NCBI GenBank assembly: GCA_963727835.1
Contig: CAVSIB010000007.1
Span: 4,429 to 68,428 of the forward strand
Direction: 5' to 3'
DNA: 64,000 bases
From: an uncultured delta proteobacterium
Lineage (GTDB): Bacteria > Desulfobacterota > WTBG01 > JAGOGO01
Part shown: piece by piece, positions 51,126-64,000 of the stretch
Layout: each line of letters starts with the position of its first letter
Numbering within the stretch: the stretch's first letter is position 1
Notes under the pieces: generated by a model
Seen by the model: only the letters and a program-made list of their open reading frames with translations
The model's database searches: none
Told to the model about the DNA's origin: nothing
Made by a program: the position numbers and the translations under genes

Positions 51126-53681
51126 TTTGTAATCACTCCCTTCATACCTCCGGAAATCAGCGAGGCAATATTTGCCAGGATCCTTGGAAGAGCAAGACCT
51201 CCTGGGGATACCAGATATTTGGGTTCCCACTCCGGGTTGAATTTTTGTTTGTATTGCCGCAATCCCTGGAAGTTGTAAAAGTGTTCACCGTAGCGAAAAA
51301 GAAAGGATCCTACCCGATTCCAAAGCGGAGCGAGGGCGTGGTCTTCAAGCCCGGAAAAGGGTGCCATTCCCAGGCTGAACCACGTATATCCTTCTTTCTT
51401 CCCCCAAAGCACGAGATGAAGGAGCAGATAGTCCATGACCCCTGGCGGTGCTGCAGGGAGAAACCGCATCAGGTCAATGGAGAGTTCTTCGTTATCTGCA
51501 CCTTGCCAGATATTGGCAAAGGCGATTATTTTGCCGTTTTGCCGGATGAGACCTGCGGGAAAATGCTGCATATACTCCTCATCAAAAAATCCGAGGGAAA
51601 ACCCTTTTTCACGGGTGTTTTTTTCCGTGAGCCAGGCATCGGAAATAATCTTAAACTCCGGGAGATATGAAGAAATAGCGTCCACAGGAATGATCTCAAA
51701 CGTACACCCTTCCTTTTCGAGTCTGTTAAGTTATGGCGGAATCCTTTACGAGTATTTCCCTCCAAGGAAAAGTCTTTTAGCAAAACCCGGCCTTCCTCCC
51801 CCAGCTTAAGAAGGGTAAGCCCGAGATCAAGGTAGAGCGGGATATTGCGCTGACTCACTTCATAAAAGACCGTCCAACCATCATACTGGTCACACATCTC
51901 CCGAAACCGCCAGATCAGTTCAGACCGTTCTTCCTTGGGGCCAACAGGATCTCCCATCGCCACCCAGCTTCGGCCAGCAACACTGTACATGATGAAAGCG
52001 TTTTCCTTTTCGCTAAAAAGAAAGGATTTATCCCCGAGCAGAGCTAAATATGCATACGTCTGGTGGGATTGCTGAACAATGTGTTTGACCTTTGCCATCT
52101 CTTCTGTTGGTGAAGAAAGCCGCTTCGGAGGTGATGGACGGAGAAGTCGGGCAAAAGAAAGGAAAGAGAGCTACCCCGATTGCTCCCACCAGCGCCCGAA
52201 GCGATCGGGAAGCATGGCCCTTAAACTGTGAAACTCCACCAGAGTTCATGCGAATATTCAACATGGTTGTAAGAAAACATGGCTGAGCCACACCGAACAA
52301 AGTAAAACCAGGATGATTGCGGTGATCCAACCGAACGTGAACTTCTCGTCAATGATTGAAGCCCTCCGGTAAAAGTAACGCTGGCCAGGAAGAAGAGCAA
52401 GCAGAACAATGCTTAAAATTACTCGCTTCTTCATAGTCCAGTCCCTTAAGGAGGGAAAATATAACTCCCGCGGCTAATAAGGTCGAGGTTAAAACAAAAG
52501 CAGCATCAATTCTTCGTTGCAAACCGCGAGCCAGTAAAAGAAGCCCCATGCCCACGACACTTCCGAGGAAATGAGAAATCTCGACGACCGGCAGGGGGAG
52601 TTTTTTAAGCCAATAAAAACGCCAGTGTATTCCCTGGCGTAGCCCCAGAAAAAAGAAGAATGGCCCCGCCAATAAAGGTGGCAAATGCCATAACCTGAGG
52701 CACCAGCACCGGAAGCCACTGGCCAAACCCACGGGCTATCCTCTGAATCCAGTCTTTTTTCTGGAGAAGTTCGAGTGAAGCGAGCATAATGGTAGCTATT
52801 AAAAGCGGAAGCAGGTAGTAGATACCCCGGTAAGCCAAAAGTGATCCGAGAATTGCCGATGTCGGGAGCGTAGGGGAAAGGAGGAAAAGCACTACGGTCT
52901 CAAAAACACCGAGGCCTCCTGGCACCTGGCTTGCCAGGCCTGCAAGTTGTCCCAGGAGAAATATCCCGAGAACCCCCAGGAAAGAGAGGCTTGGCGCAGC
53001 AGGCAAAAGCACATAGAGGACACATCCGGCCACGAACCAATCTAACAATGCAACAATCATCTGGCCGCCAAAGAGTTTGATGGAAGGAATGGTGAACTCC
53101 CAGCCCCGAATCTTCAGGGGTTCCTTTCTCAAAAGACTTCCTATTAAAAATGCCCCTACCGGAATCAGAGCAATCACCCCAAGCGTCTGAACTGAGGCAA
53201 AAGGGATATGAAGCGCTTGTGGAATAGCCAGGGGTTCCATAATGAATATCACCCCGGCAAGGGTTAAAAACCCGAGCCAGAGAGTAGCAGTGCAAAAGAA
53301 AACTACTTTAGTAATTTCCCAGACCGAAAGTCCCCAGGTAGTATAAAGGCGGAAACGGACGGATCCTCCCGCTAACATGGATAACCCTATGTTGTTACTA
53401 AAAGAATATCCTATAAAAGAGGCAATTGCCGTTTTGGCGTAACCAAGAGGTCGCCTAATATACCGCAAAGCTAAGGTATCATATCCGGTCATAATGAGAT
53501 AACTGAGCACGGTGAGCAAAAAAGCGAGAAAAACACGATGGGCAGGAAGTGCCCGGGTCCTGTTGACGATATCGTGTAAATGGTAGGTCTTGAGTTCCGT
53601 ATGCAAAACCCAGAGGGCCAGAACAAAAAGAAGTGTTCCGAAAACAGAACCCACACTATGCAGAAGCTTTGTCTTGACCAT
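51122..53681 (-). CDS. mprF: Lysyl-phosphatidylglycerol flippase/synthetase (multiple frameshifts)
   Basis: VPGGLGVFE, YRGIYYLLP, SHFLGSVVG, LALLGDK, MGDPVG, KLGEE, SIDLMR, FYNFQGLRQYKQKF. Confidence 0.92.
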
Positions 53682-53714
53682 GATTCACTGGCCTTTTATT
53701 TCTCATTTGTCCTC

Positions 53715-56242
53715 TTAAAATTTTGTGCTCCGGTAAAATATTTTTTTTACCATCTCTGCCCCCACGATGTAAAGGAAAACAATCATCCCCATAACCACAA
53801 TGAACGAAAAGGGCAGCGCGGCAAAACCAAAGAGTTTTTTTCCAAAGGGCGTAAAAGGTAAAGCGAGCGTTATTCCCACGATGATGATCGTGGCCAGCAA
53901 CAAGTACTTTGACGGAACGCTTTTGAAAAACGGCCTCCGGCTCCGAATAACGAGCACAATCAATGAGGCGGAAATCACTGACTCCATAAACCACCCGGCC
54001 CGAAACTGGTCGGTGGTGGCATGGAGAAAGAGCAGTAAGGCTCCAAAGGTGAGGTAGTCAAACACTGAGCTTAAAATACCAAACGTGATCATAAATCTGC
54101 GGAGGAATTTTATGTTCCACCGTCGCGGTTGTTCAACCATCTCAGAATCCACACTATCCGTGGCAATAGTCATTTCAGGAAAGTCGGTCATTAAATTGGT
54201 AAGCAGAATCTGTTTCGGTAGCAAAGGAAGAAAGGGAAGAAAAAGGGATGCCCCAGCCATGCTGAACATGTTGCCAAAATTGGCACTGGTTGCCATAAAC
54301 ACATACTTCAGGGTGTTAGCAAATGTCTTCCTTCCTTCTACTACCCCCTCCACCAGAACACCCAGATCCTTTTCGAGAAGCACAATGTCCGCTGCTTCTT
54401 TGGCCACATCTACGGCACTGTCCACCGAAATACCCACATCAGCAGCGTGGAGTGCGGAGGCATCGTTAATGCCATCTCCCATATATCCGACAACATTTCC
54501 CGCTTTCTTCAGGGCGAGAATAATGCGCTCTTTTTGATTAGGCTCCACCTCAGCAAAGATGTCAATCCCGTTAATCTGCTTGCAGAGCGCTTCATCACTC
54601 ATGCGACGCAGGTCTGAACCGGTGAGTATCTGGGGGTTCGCCAACCCGATCTGTTGGCTCACATTGGCGGCAATCAAGTGGTTGTCGCCGGTAATTACTT
54701 TAAGGGAAACACCCAATGTTTTGAGTCGGCGGATTGTTTCATTAATTCCGGCCTTGGGCGGATCAAAGAACACGAGAAATCCGAGAAAAGTCATAGCCGA
54801 TTCATAGTCTTTGGTAATAGCTGTCTCCGCTCCCACTTCTCGGTAAGCGATACCGAGCGTACGAAAACCTTTGTAACTGAAAGCCTCGTAGCGCTCATGA
54901 ATTTCTGCCAGGACATTAGCGATGGGAGCAATCGCTCCGGTAGACGTCTCGACTGAAGAGCAAACAGCCAGTACATTTTCCAAAGCACCTTTGGTGATGA
55001 TTACGTGCGTTTTCTCTTTTGCCACCAGGATGCTCAATCGCTTGCGAATAAAATCATAGGGCACTTCATCCAGCTTCTGGTAAGAAGACACATCAAAGGT
55101 ATGATGGGTGCGGATGGCTTCATCAATCGGGTTAATAAAGCCGGTCTCGTAAAAAGAATTTAGATAAGCATACAAGAGCACCTTTTCGTTTTCCTTCCCG
55201 TCAGCACTGAGGGCAGCGTGTAATTGAACCTTCCCTTCGGTTAGGGTACCGGTTTTATCAGAGCACAGTACATTCATACTACCGAAGTTTTCAATCGAGG
55301 CAAGCCGTCGAACGATAACTTTCGAGATCGCCATACGTTTAGCACCGTGAGCAAGGTTGATGCTGATAATTGCCGGGAGAAGTTGCGGAATAAGCCCCAC
55401 TGCAAGGGCAAGAGAAAAGAGAAAGGATTCGAGCACAGGTCGTGCGAGAAAAACATTGACTGCAAAGATGGCAATCACCAGGGCTAACGTCACTTCCAAA
55501 AGGAAATATCCGAATCGTCTGACACCATGTTCAAATTCTGTCTCCGGCGGCCTGAGTTTAAGCCGTTCGGAAACTTTGCCGAATTCACATTCTTTGCCGG
55601 TAAGAACAACCACCGCCTTCGCACTGCCGCTGACCACATGGGTTCCCATAAAGAGAGTATTGGTCCGCTGACTCAAAGAAATATCTGGCGGCAGATCACT
55701 CCTGTGGTCTTTTCTGCTGGATAGGTTTCCCCGGTCAAGGTTGCTTCATCAACAAATAAATCTTTTGATTCAAGGAGGAGACAGTCGCCCGGAATGTTCC
55801 CACCCGCGGAAAGAAGAACAATATCTCCTGGCACCACCTCTTCAAAAGGAATCTCGTCAGGTTGGTTATCCCGCAAAATCTTGGTTTTCGTTTGTACGGT
55901 TTTAAGCAGCTTTTCCACTGCATCCGCAGCCCCTTTCTCCTGCCAGAAACCGAGAAGGCCGCTTATGATAATGATACCCAAAACAATAAGTGCATCAGTA
56001 GAATCATGGAGAAAAAACGAAAGTCCGGCCGCAAAAATCAGTATGAGGATAATGGGACTTTTGAATTGAGAAACAAAGAGTGAAAGGACATTCAATCGTT
56101 TCTGGGGCTTTAGGCGATTTTCCCCAAATTGACTGAGGCGTTGTCCGGCATCCTCTCGCGTCAATCCCTGAGGGGATGTGTTGAGCAGGCGAAGCAGTTC
56201 AGGAGCGGGGAGGCTCCAGAAAATTTTGGGGATTTCGTTCAT
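53715..56242 (-). CDS. mgtA: Mg2+-translocating P-type ATPase (frameshift near 55690)
   Basis: LTGET, DKTGTLT, FFDPPK, TGDN, GDGINDA, SANFGNMFS, QILLTNL. Confidence 0.92.
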
Positions 56243-56269
56243 GGAGTTTTTCCTTGATTACCGTGAAAG

Positions 56270-56593
56270 TATTTTAGATATCCGACGAGGATAAAAATGC
56301 ACCAACCACACCATCACGCCGGCAATAACTATGGCAGCCAAGATTCCCAATTCGTAGTGCTTGATGTCGCCAATGATAATCTCCAGACATTGCCAAATAA
56401 ATAACCACCGCTAATAAAAACCACCGCTAACGAGATGCTCGTGAGCCTTTCCGGATTCTGCTGGGGATAAAGTAAAACCAACAAGGGCATTAACACAAAA
56501 CACTCCCCCTGCCCCAATGAGGGTACCATAAACCCCCGTGCCAAAACCAAAGGCAATTAATTCGAAATAGCTCTTGGCAGTAAATAGTTCCAT
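56270..56593 (-). pseudogene. Chimeric remnant: TauE/SafE-like 5' end joined to a DedA-like 3' end
   Basis: GFGTGVYGTLIGAGG..FVLMPLL.LLYP..NPE.LTSISLAVVF then GGYLFG...IIGDIKHYELGILAAIVIAG. Confidence 0.5.
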
Positions 56594-56633
56594 TTAGGAA
56601 AGAAACCCCATTCTTAATTTTTGAGAAGGAAAC

Positions 56634-58137
56634 TTATCTCACTACCAATGGGGCATAGCTGGCATTCCCCGTTCGGTGATCCAAGATCAGAACCGCCAAT
56701 TTTTGGCGAGGAGGAACCTTGGTAATAAGTTCAGCAAAGGTTGATGGGTCATCAATTGGCTCACCATTGATACTAAGAATAATATCATCCACCTCAAAGC
56801 CCGCTTCAGCCAACGCTCCCTTGGAATCCACCCCCGCAATCACCACCCCTGATTGGGAGTCCAGATTGTATTTTTTTACTTCCTCCGAAGTTACTGCTCG
56901 AAATTTTCCACCTAACCTTTCTTTAAGGGACGCACGTGCTATTTTAGTGACACTTTCTAAATTCCCAATAGTGGCGATAAGTTCTTTCCGTTCTTTATCA
57001 CGCCAGATGGTTACCGTTACCTGCTCGCCAATAGGAGTATTGGCTACTTCATTTCTCAGCGTACTGGCATCAGGAGTTTCCTTGCCTTTATACGCAAGCA
57101 CCACATCGCCCCGTTTGATTCCCGCTTTATCCGCTGGTCCATCTTTCGTTACCTCGGCAATCAAAGCTCCTTTGGAAGAGCCCAATCCAAACGACTGGGC
57201 AAGGTCCGGGGTAAGGTCCTGAGCGCCCACGCCCAACCACCCGCGCTCCACTTTACCCCGAGCAATGAGAGCGTTGGCAACATGGAGAGCCATATTGCTG
57301 GGGATGGCAAAGCCGATTCCTTCATAACCTCCTGATTCGGAGATAATTGCGGCATTAATGCCGATTACTTTCCCAGCAAGAGTAAGTAAAGGTCCGCCAC
57401 TGTTGCCGGGATTTATTGCCGCATCAGTCTGAAGGAAATCTTGATACGAGTTGGGATCAGTAATACCAGTGCGGTGTTTTGCGCTGATAATCCCCTGGGT
57501 GACCGTCTGATCCAAACCCCGGGGATGCCCAATGGCAACCACCCACTCTCCCACTTGCACTTTGTCAGAGTCACCAAAGGTAACATACGGAAGCGGTTCT
57601 TTGGCTTCGATTTGAATGACTGCCAAGTCCGTTTTTGGATCAGCCCCCACTAATTTTCCCGGATAGGTTCTGCCATCTGCGAGAAGCACCTGAATCTTGG
57701 TTGCCCCTCCGGCCACATGATTATTCGTAAGGATATGACCTTTAGTGTCGAGGAGAATGCCTGTCCCGATCCCTTTCAATTCCCGTTTCTGCTCTCGAGG
57801 GGTGTCAGGAAAGAAAAACCGGAAAAAGGGGTCATTTTCAAAGGGAACGAAAGGGATTGGGTGCTGTTTGACGCTCAGTCACCTCAATGTGCACTACTGC
57901 CGGGATCGTCTGTTGGGCAACCTGGATGATGGCAGTTCGTAAGTCCAAAGGTCCCTGATGAGATTCAACCGCTGGAGCCGGGGTGGCGGTAAGGGGTGGA
58001 GGCGTCGGCACGGTAACCTCTTTAGCTTTTTGAGGTTGTTCGTTCGTTTTATTACAGGCAGGTAACAATCCGATGACGAAAAAAAGAAGCAATCCGAGGC
58101 AAAAACAAAGCACATAGTTTAAAAAATGTTTTCTCAT
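56634..58137 (-). CDS. Second DegQ/HtrA protease (frameshift near 57840)
   Basis: IPAVVHI, TNNHV, DLAV, QTDAAINPGNSGGPL, two PDZ domains. Confidence 0.92.
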
Positions 58138-58502
58138 AGCAATTCTCCTTGATGTTGTGAGAGGATAAAAATTTTAGTCAGAAGTCTCCTGGGGGAAACA
58201 AAACATAAATCAGACTTAATGGGTGTTTATTTTTTAGTGAAGATCAACACGTTAACCAAGCCTTATCCTCATCGGTTTAGTATGTTTCGTTTTCTCTAAC
58301 CATGAGCAGACAAAGCGTAAGTGGGAAAGTTCGCCTTTCACCCCGGTTGATCATTATTGAATTGCTGCATGAGAAGCGGGACATAGAAAAATTTTTCCCT
58401 TTTACCGAAAAAAGTTTTTAATTTTGTTTTTTTTATATTAATCATTCGGCCTCATGATGTCAAGGAGCGAAAACCTTTCTCAAAAACACCATTGTTTAAA
58501 CC

Positions 58503-59181
58503 TTAGGGTTTTCTTGAATGCGCTTCAGAAGAGATTCCCTTATCAATACTTCCGGATTTATTTTTATGAATTCGACTGAGATTGACTAAATCCAGAAAAA
58601 TATCTCCCAAGCACTGCTTTACCATTTCTTGGTTTTCTGCAACTAATGCCTCCTTAAGCTTGGTGATTTCTTCTTCCAGTTTTCCTACCACTTTTAAAGG
58701 AGACGCGCTGTCACCTAAACGCCTACTTACCCAGTAGGCCTGGAGTAAGGCAGGAAGATGGCGGGGAAGCTTTTCTTTCAGGGTGCGTTGTGAAACAACG
58801 ACTTTTTCTTTTTCCTTTATCTCTTTCCAGTTTTCTCTGATTTCGGAAATATTATTTACTTCCCGGCCTTCAAAAACATGGGGATGACGGCCGACCATCT
58901 TCTTTTTTACATTTTCCAACACATCCCCGATACTAAAATCACCTTCATCACGGGCAATTTCCGCACAAAAAAGAAGCAAAAAAATCAAATCACCCATTTC
59001 TTCCTGGGTTTTCTCCGGAGATTTTTTATCTAATGCCTCCATAAGTTCTTGAAATTCTTGGTGGAGATAGTGTTTCAAGGTCTCAATTGTTTGTTTTCTA
59101 TCCCAGGGGCACCCTCCTTCTCCCCTTAAAGTACGGATAAGAAATACTAAGTCTTTAAAAAGCTTTATCAGTTTTTTCCAT
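58503..59181 (-). CDS. mazG: MazG nucleotide pyrophosphohydrolase (frameshifted near both ends)
   Basis: LRGEGGCPWDRKQT upstream of the listed ORF, EEMGDL, RHPHVF, WKEIKEKE, LPALL. Confidence 0.88.
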
Positions 59182-59420
59182 AAAACGACCTTTCTTAAGG
59201 AAATTCGAGAACCGAATTTGAGGAAACAAGTTTTTTTAAAACTCTATCATGGTGACTTAAGTCCTTCAAGTTTTTAAAATAATGAATTTTGAGAAATAAC
59301 GAAATAAATTCAAGTGATTATATTTTAAAAATCCATGGTTAAATACTTGCATTTTGGGTTTGGGTATGGTAACTAATAACCTGCCTATTATCTTTAGTTT
59401 GGGCAAAAAAACGATATTCT

Positions 59421-59840
59421 ATGGAAATACACCGCACCGCGATTCACTGCCATACCTCTGGCAATACTGATGTTATTGATATCACTCCCCAGGTAACCGA
59501 AGCCCTTCGGAACTCGGGCATTAAGGAAGGAGTGGTATTTTTATTTGTGTCTGGATCAACTGCTGCTCTTACCACTATTGAATATGAACAAGGGGTGGTA
59601 AACGATTTAATTCGGACTATTGAAAAAATTGCTCCTCAAAATATTTCCTATCAACACAACCTCCGATGGGGGGATGGCAATGGATACTCCCATGTTCGGG
59701 CAAGCTTGTTGGGGCCCTCCCTTAATATCCCCGTGACTAATAAAAAACTGCTGGTCGGGGAGTGGCAGCAAATTGTCCTCCTCGATTTCGATAATCGTCC
59801 GAGGGAGAGAGAGGTAGTTGTTCAAATCATTGGCAACTAA
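59421..59840 (+). CDS. yjbQ: YjbQ/UPF0047 family protein
   Basis: DITPQV, STAALT, HN..GDGNG.SH, GEWQQI..DFD.RPR.R. Confidence 0.92.
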   Translation: MEIHRTAIHCHTSGNTDVIDITPQVTEALRNSGIKEGVVFLFVSGSTAALTTIEYEQGVVNDLIRTIEKIAPQNISYQHNLRWGDGNGYSHVRASLLGPSLNIPVTNKKLLVGEWQQIVLLDFDNRPREREVVVQIIGN

Positions 59841-59888
59841 GAACTCTTATCAGCAACATTTTCTTTCCTGCACATTACTTTTTCCATT

Positions 59889-60872
59889 ATGACGAAAAAA
59901 TTATCAACCCAGGGCCAGGGTGCCGATAAAAATTTTCAAAGCCTTATCTTTGAGGATAATGATGTCCTGAAGATCCTTTTTGGCGAACGGGATAGCAATG
60001 TCCGGACGGTAGAAGAAAAAGTCGGAGTCCACATCCACGTTCGGGGCAATCAGATTACCATCAGCGGTGATGAAGAAAAAGTAAGTTTGGCGGCAAAGGT
60101 GCTCACTGAAATCTATGAAGTAATTAAAAGCGGCTACTCTGTTTACCCGGTGGATATAGCTTTTTCGCTTCGTATTCTCAAACATAATCCGTCAGTTAAC
60201 TTAAAAGATCTTTTTCTCGATAACATTCCTATTTCTACCAAAAGAAAATTTATTACCCCCAAAAGCGTCAACCAGAAAAGATACATTGATGCTATGCGAA
60301 AACATGATATTGTGATTGCCATTGGGCCGGCGGGAACCGGCAAAACTTATTTGGCGATGGCCATGGCGATCGCTGCCTTGATGAACAAGGAAGTGGAACG
60401 CATTATCCTTACGCGGCCAGCAGTGGAAGCAGGAGAGAAGTTAGGTTTCTTGCCGGGCGACATCGTGGAAAAAGTAAATCCCTATCTCCGCCCCCTCTAT
60501 GACGCGCTCCACGATATGATGGATTTTGAAAAGGTTTCCCGGTTAATTCAAAATGGTATTATCGAGGTGGCGCCATTAGCCTTTATGCGTGGTCGGACGC
60601 TCAATGATTCTTTTATCATTTTAGATGAAGCGCAGAATACTACTTCCGAACAAATGAAGATGTTTTTGACGCGCATGGGCTTTGATTCCAAAGTAGTGAT
60701 TACCGGAGATATAACTCAAATTGACCTCCCCCCGGAAAAAACCTCCGGGTTGATCGAGATTCAGGAAATTCTTAAGTCCATTTCCTGGAATCAAGTTTAT
60801 CTACTTTTCCAGCATTGACGTTGTGCGGCACCCTTTGGTACAAGAAATTATCGACGCTTATTCACAGAGGCC
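59889..60872 (+). CDS. phoH: PhoH-family ATPase (frameshift near 60785; 3' end approximate)
   Basis: GPAGTGKTYLA, RPAVEAGEKLGFLPG, AFMRGRTL, DEAQN, GDITQIDL. Confidence 0.93.
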
Positions 60873-63262
60873 ATGAAACTTTTTAAAAAAACTAACCCCG
60901 CTCCTTTTGCACGAGGCAGGGAAAAGCTAAAAAGAGACCTTTTCCACCAGCCTTTAAATTTGCCTAAGGTCAATCTTTATTCTACCCAAAAATGGGCGTT
61001 AATTATTTTTTTAAGTGTGATTTTAGGTCTTATTATTTTCTCCCGGGTGCCTTCCCGAACTTATCGATACACTTTAGGTCAAGTCGTCCCCCAAGATATT
61101 AAGGCACCTCAGGACTTTTTAGTTGAAGACCAACCATCCACTCTGGAGAAAAGAAAAAGCGCCGCAGAAAGTGTTCGGGCGGTTTACGATTTTGACCCAA
61201 ACCTCCTGAGCGAAATTGAAGGGAAAGACCGAAGATGTCTTCCGTTCACTTAGGGAACTCGACCTCAACGCAGGAAGAAAAATTACCAAGGAAGAGTTCG
61301 AACAATTGATGGGCATATCTATCTCCAAGCTCAAGTTTTGCAGTTCTTGAAAAAAGAAAATTTGATTCAAAGATTGTTGATTATGTTTACACAATCTTAA
61401 GTCCTATTTTTGAGCAAAAGATTGTGGGCAACCGAGAGCTCCTCCTGTCGGAGAAAGACCGAGGAATTGTCGTCAGGGACTTTTCCACTCGAGAAGAGAC
61501 TAATCTCCAGGATTTCTCCCAGATTCTTGACCTTGACCAGGCGCGCTTAAAAGTTCAAAAAGAGTCCCGTCTATTGATCCCTCCCTCAGCGAGATCGTGG
61601 GAAAAACCGGTTGTAGAAATAGTTCAAGGCTTGATTAAGCCAAATCTCACCTTTAACAAAATTGAAACCGAAGAAAGGAAGGAATCTGCCCGGGAAGCGG
61701 TTAAACCCGTACTTTTTGAGATAAAAAAGGGGGAAATGATTATTCGGGAAGGCGAAAAAGTAAACCCCGAACATCTCCTTAAACTAAACCAATTGAGTCA
61801 ACTCAAGACCGACCAGAATCCCATCCTCTATAGTGGAGGCAACTTTCTCATCCTGTTCTTGATTCTTTCGGTAGTCTTCCGTTTCTTTGTTCCCGAAAAA
61901 TCACCCCATCCGCACCAATGGGGTCATGACCTTTCTTTTATTAGTGCGATGTTAATACTTATCACCATCATGATCAGAATTGGCGCCTCTTTACCCCAAC
62001 CGGAATCATTATTTCTATCCGAAAATTCATTATGGTTTGCAGTCCCGGTTGCCGCAGGGGCAATTGTTATCAGTGTTGTCAAGGGGATTAAGCAGGCAGC
62101 TATATTTTCCGTTCTCATTTCGATTTTTTCCACCATGGTGCTCGGCAATAATAAAATCGATTACTTCTTTTATCCCTTGCTGGGAAGCCTCATTGGAGCC
62201 CGCGAAGCCGTATATTGCCGGCAACGGTCAACCTTATTAAAAGCCGGCTTTGAAGTGGGGGTGGCTAATTTCCTGGTTATCCTCTGCCTTAAAATTAAGC
62301 TCGGAGGTTTCTTTGATTGGCAGCCTTTGAGTGGTGATTTAATCTTAGGATTTTCAAGCGGAATTCTTTCAGGCATTATTGCTACGGGAGTTGTACCGCT
62401 TATTGAAGTTATGTTCTCTTATACCACGGATATTAAGCTCCTTGAATTGGGTAATCTAAACCACCCGCTCTTAAAAGAACTTGTGGTGGTGGCTCCCGGA
62501 AGCTATCACCACTCTATCCTCACCGGATCCCTAGTGGAAGCAGCAGCGGAATCAATTGGCGCGAACCCTCTGTTGGCAAAAGTGGGAGCCTATTATCATG
62601 ATATTGGAAAAATGAAAAAGCCCCTTTATTTTATTGAAAACCAGAGAGGAAGTGAAAATAAACACGACAAGCTTTCACCTAATATGAGCAGCCTTATTCT
62701 TATCTCCCACATTAAAGAAGGGGTGGAACAGGCGAAAGACCATCGGCTCGGAAAAGTGATTACGGACATTATCCAGCAGCACCACGGAACGAGCCTGATC
62801 GCCTTTTTTTACCAAAAGGCAAAAGAAAAAGAAAACCCTGCTGAGGCGAGTGTGGATGAAAATGATTTTCGGTATCCGGGACCAAAACCTCAGACCAAAG
62901 AGGCAGGACTGGTCATGCTGGCTGATGCCGTAGAGGCAGCTTCCCGCACGGTTAATGATCCAACCCCAGCGCGGATTCAGGGTATGGTTCAAAAAACGAT
63001 CAATAACTTCTTTACTGATGGCCAGCTTGACGAATGTGAACTGACCCTTAAGGACATCCACCTGATCGCCAAGAGCTTTAATCGTATACTTACCGGAATT
63101 TTCCACCATCGGGTTGAATATCCGGACAAAATTTCCCCGGCACCTCTTTACCCTAAAAAACATGAAACTCTGGATCGAGAATCACCAAAGGAAACAAAAG
63201 ATAAGCTTAAGAATGGTCAGGAAGATCGCGAAAGAGACCTTAAACGCCTTGGGATCTCCTGA
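60873..63262 (+). CDS. 7TM-HD phosphohydrolase, PgpH-like c-di-AMP phosphodiesterase (frameshifts about 61230-61420)
   Basis: Extracellular domain, 7 TM segments, APGSYHHS, YYHDIGK, FIENQ, QHHGT, FRYPGPKP, MLADAVEA; phoH-pgpH-ybeY order. Confidence 0.88.
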
Positions 63263-63609
63263 TGGGGAATTAAGTCTGAGCTTTGTTACTGACCAAGAAA
63301 TCACCGTGCTCAATCAGAAGCACCTCTTCCCGCCCTCGTCCTACTGATGTGCTTGCTTTCTCTATGAGAGAAGGGGATTTTACCGAAATCAATCCTTCCC
63401 TTTTAGGAGATGTGGTGATCTCGGTAGAGACGGCAAAAAAACAAGCAGCTGCTAAAGGACACTTTTTCGAAGAAGAACTTTGCCTGCTTCTCATCCATGG
63501 CATCCTCCATTTATTGGGATATGAGCATGAAATCCCCGGGCCGCGCGCAAGGGCAATGCGAAAAAAAGAAAACGAACTGTTTTCCCTCATGAAAGCAAAG
63601 GTGTTGTAG
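63162..63609 (+). CDS. ybeY: rRNA maturation endoribonuclease (frameshift near 63330)
   Basis: PTDVLAF, LGDVVIS, IHGILHLLGYEH. Confidence 0.9.
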
Positions 63610-63840
63610 GGGCTTTGCCGGGGAGAAAATTTCCCGGAGAGGGTTACACATTTTCACTATCTCCTCCGTAAGTCAGCTTTTTTTATCAGCCTAAATTTAA
63701 CGCTTCCCTTTAAGTCGAACTTTGTGGTAAATTAATTAACTAATTGTTCCGATAACTAACGGTTTTAATTGAACACTTACAATCGAGCTTATGTTAAAAA
63801 TAAAAAAGATTTTCAAAAAAACTGAGGAGGTTTAAGCGTT

Positions 63841-64000
63841 ATGGGGAATCGCAATAAAAAAGATTATTGCTCCGTCGATTTTATCTGCCGACTTTTCCCG
63901 GCTGGGTGAAGAAATCGCTGCAATTGAAAAAGGGGGGGCTGACTGGGTCCATGTTGATGTAATGGACGGTCACTTTGTGCCCAATATCACGATCGGTGTG
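63841..64000 (+). CDS. rpe: Ribulose-phosphate 3-epimerase, partial (runs off the window; indel near the start)
   Basis: [37 protein letters not shown]. Confidence 0.92.

Noticed and set aside
28849-58137. Two DegQ/HtrA paralogs as a special system
   Set aside because: Multiple HtrA paralogs are ordinary in Gram-negative bacteria.

Overview
A 64-kb chromosomal segment, most likely from a Desulfobacterota/deltaproteobacterial anaerobe (inferred from gene order and the hcp/HcpR, PgpH and DUF4019 content). Many essential genes carry single-base frameshifts, which points to uncorrected long-read assembly errors. The core backbone runs kdsA-kdsD-kdsC-lptC-lptA-lptB-rpoN-hpf-ptsN-rapZ-EIIA, pyrK-pyrD-ispG, proS-relA/spoT, rpmB, lptF-lptG-pgsA-tRNA-Gly-tRNA-Cys, degQ, ino1, hcpR/hcp, pcm, a double-length uvrA, mazG and yjbQ-phoH-pgpH-ybeY-rpe. 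Accessory elements: (1) a ~6.8-kb island in tRNA-Cys bounded by a 43-bp att duplication. It carries an RRE/PqqD protein with a fused precursor-like tail, an HPr-kinase-like kinase, a GT2 glycosyltransferase, a nucleotidyltransferase and a DUF616-type glycosyltransferase, but no lasso cyclase or peptidase; this is the best candidate for an undescribed peptide-modification system. (2) A decayed integron-like locus. (3) A three-gene orphan operon. (4) A Gly/His-repeat gene between 32-bp direct repeats, inside a split DUF1003 gene. (5) An mgtA-mprF-acvB-acvB cluster. Two Lpt proteins have unusual fusions: LptF with a ComEA-like helix-hairpin-helix domain, and LptA with an extra N-terminal domain and a duplicated linker. 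All family assignments are by eye; no searches were run.
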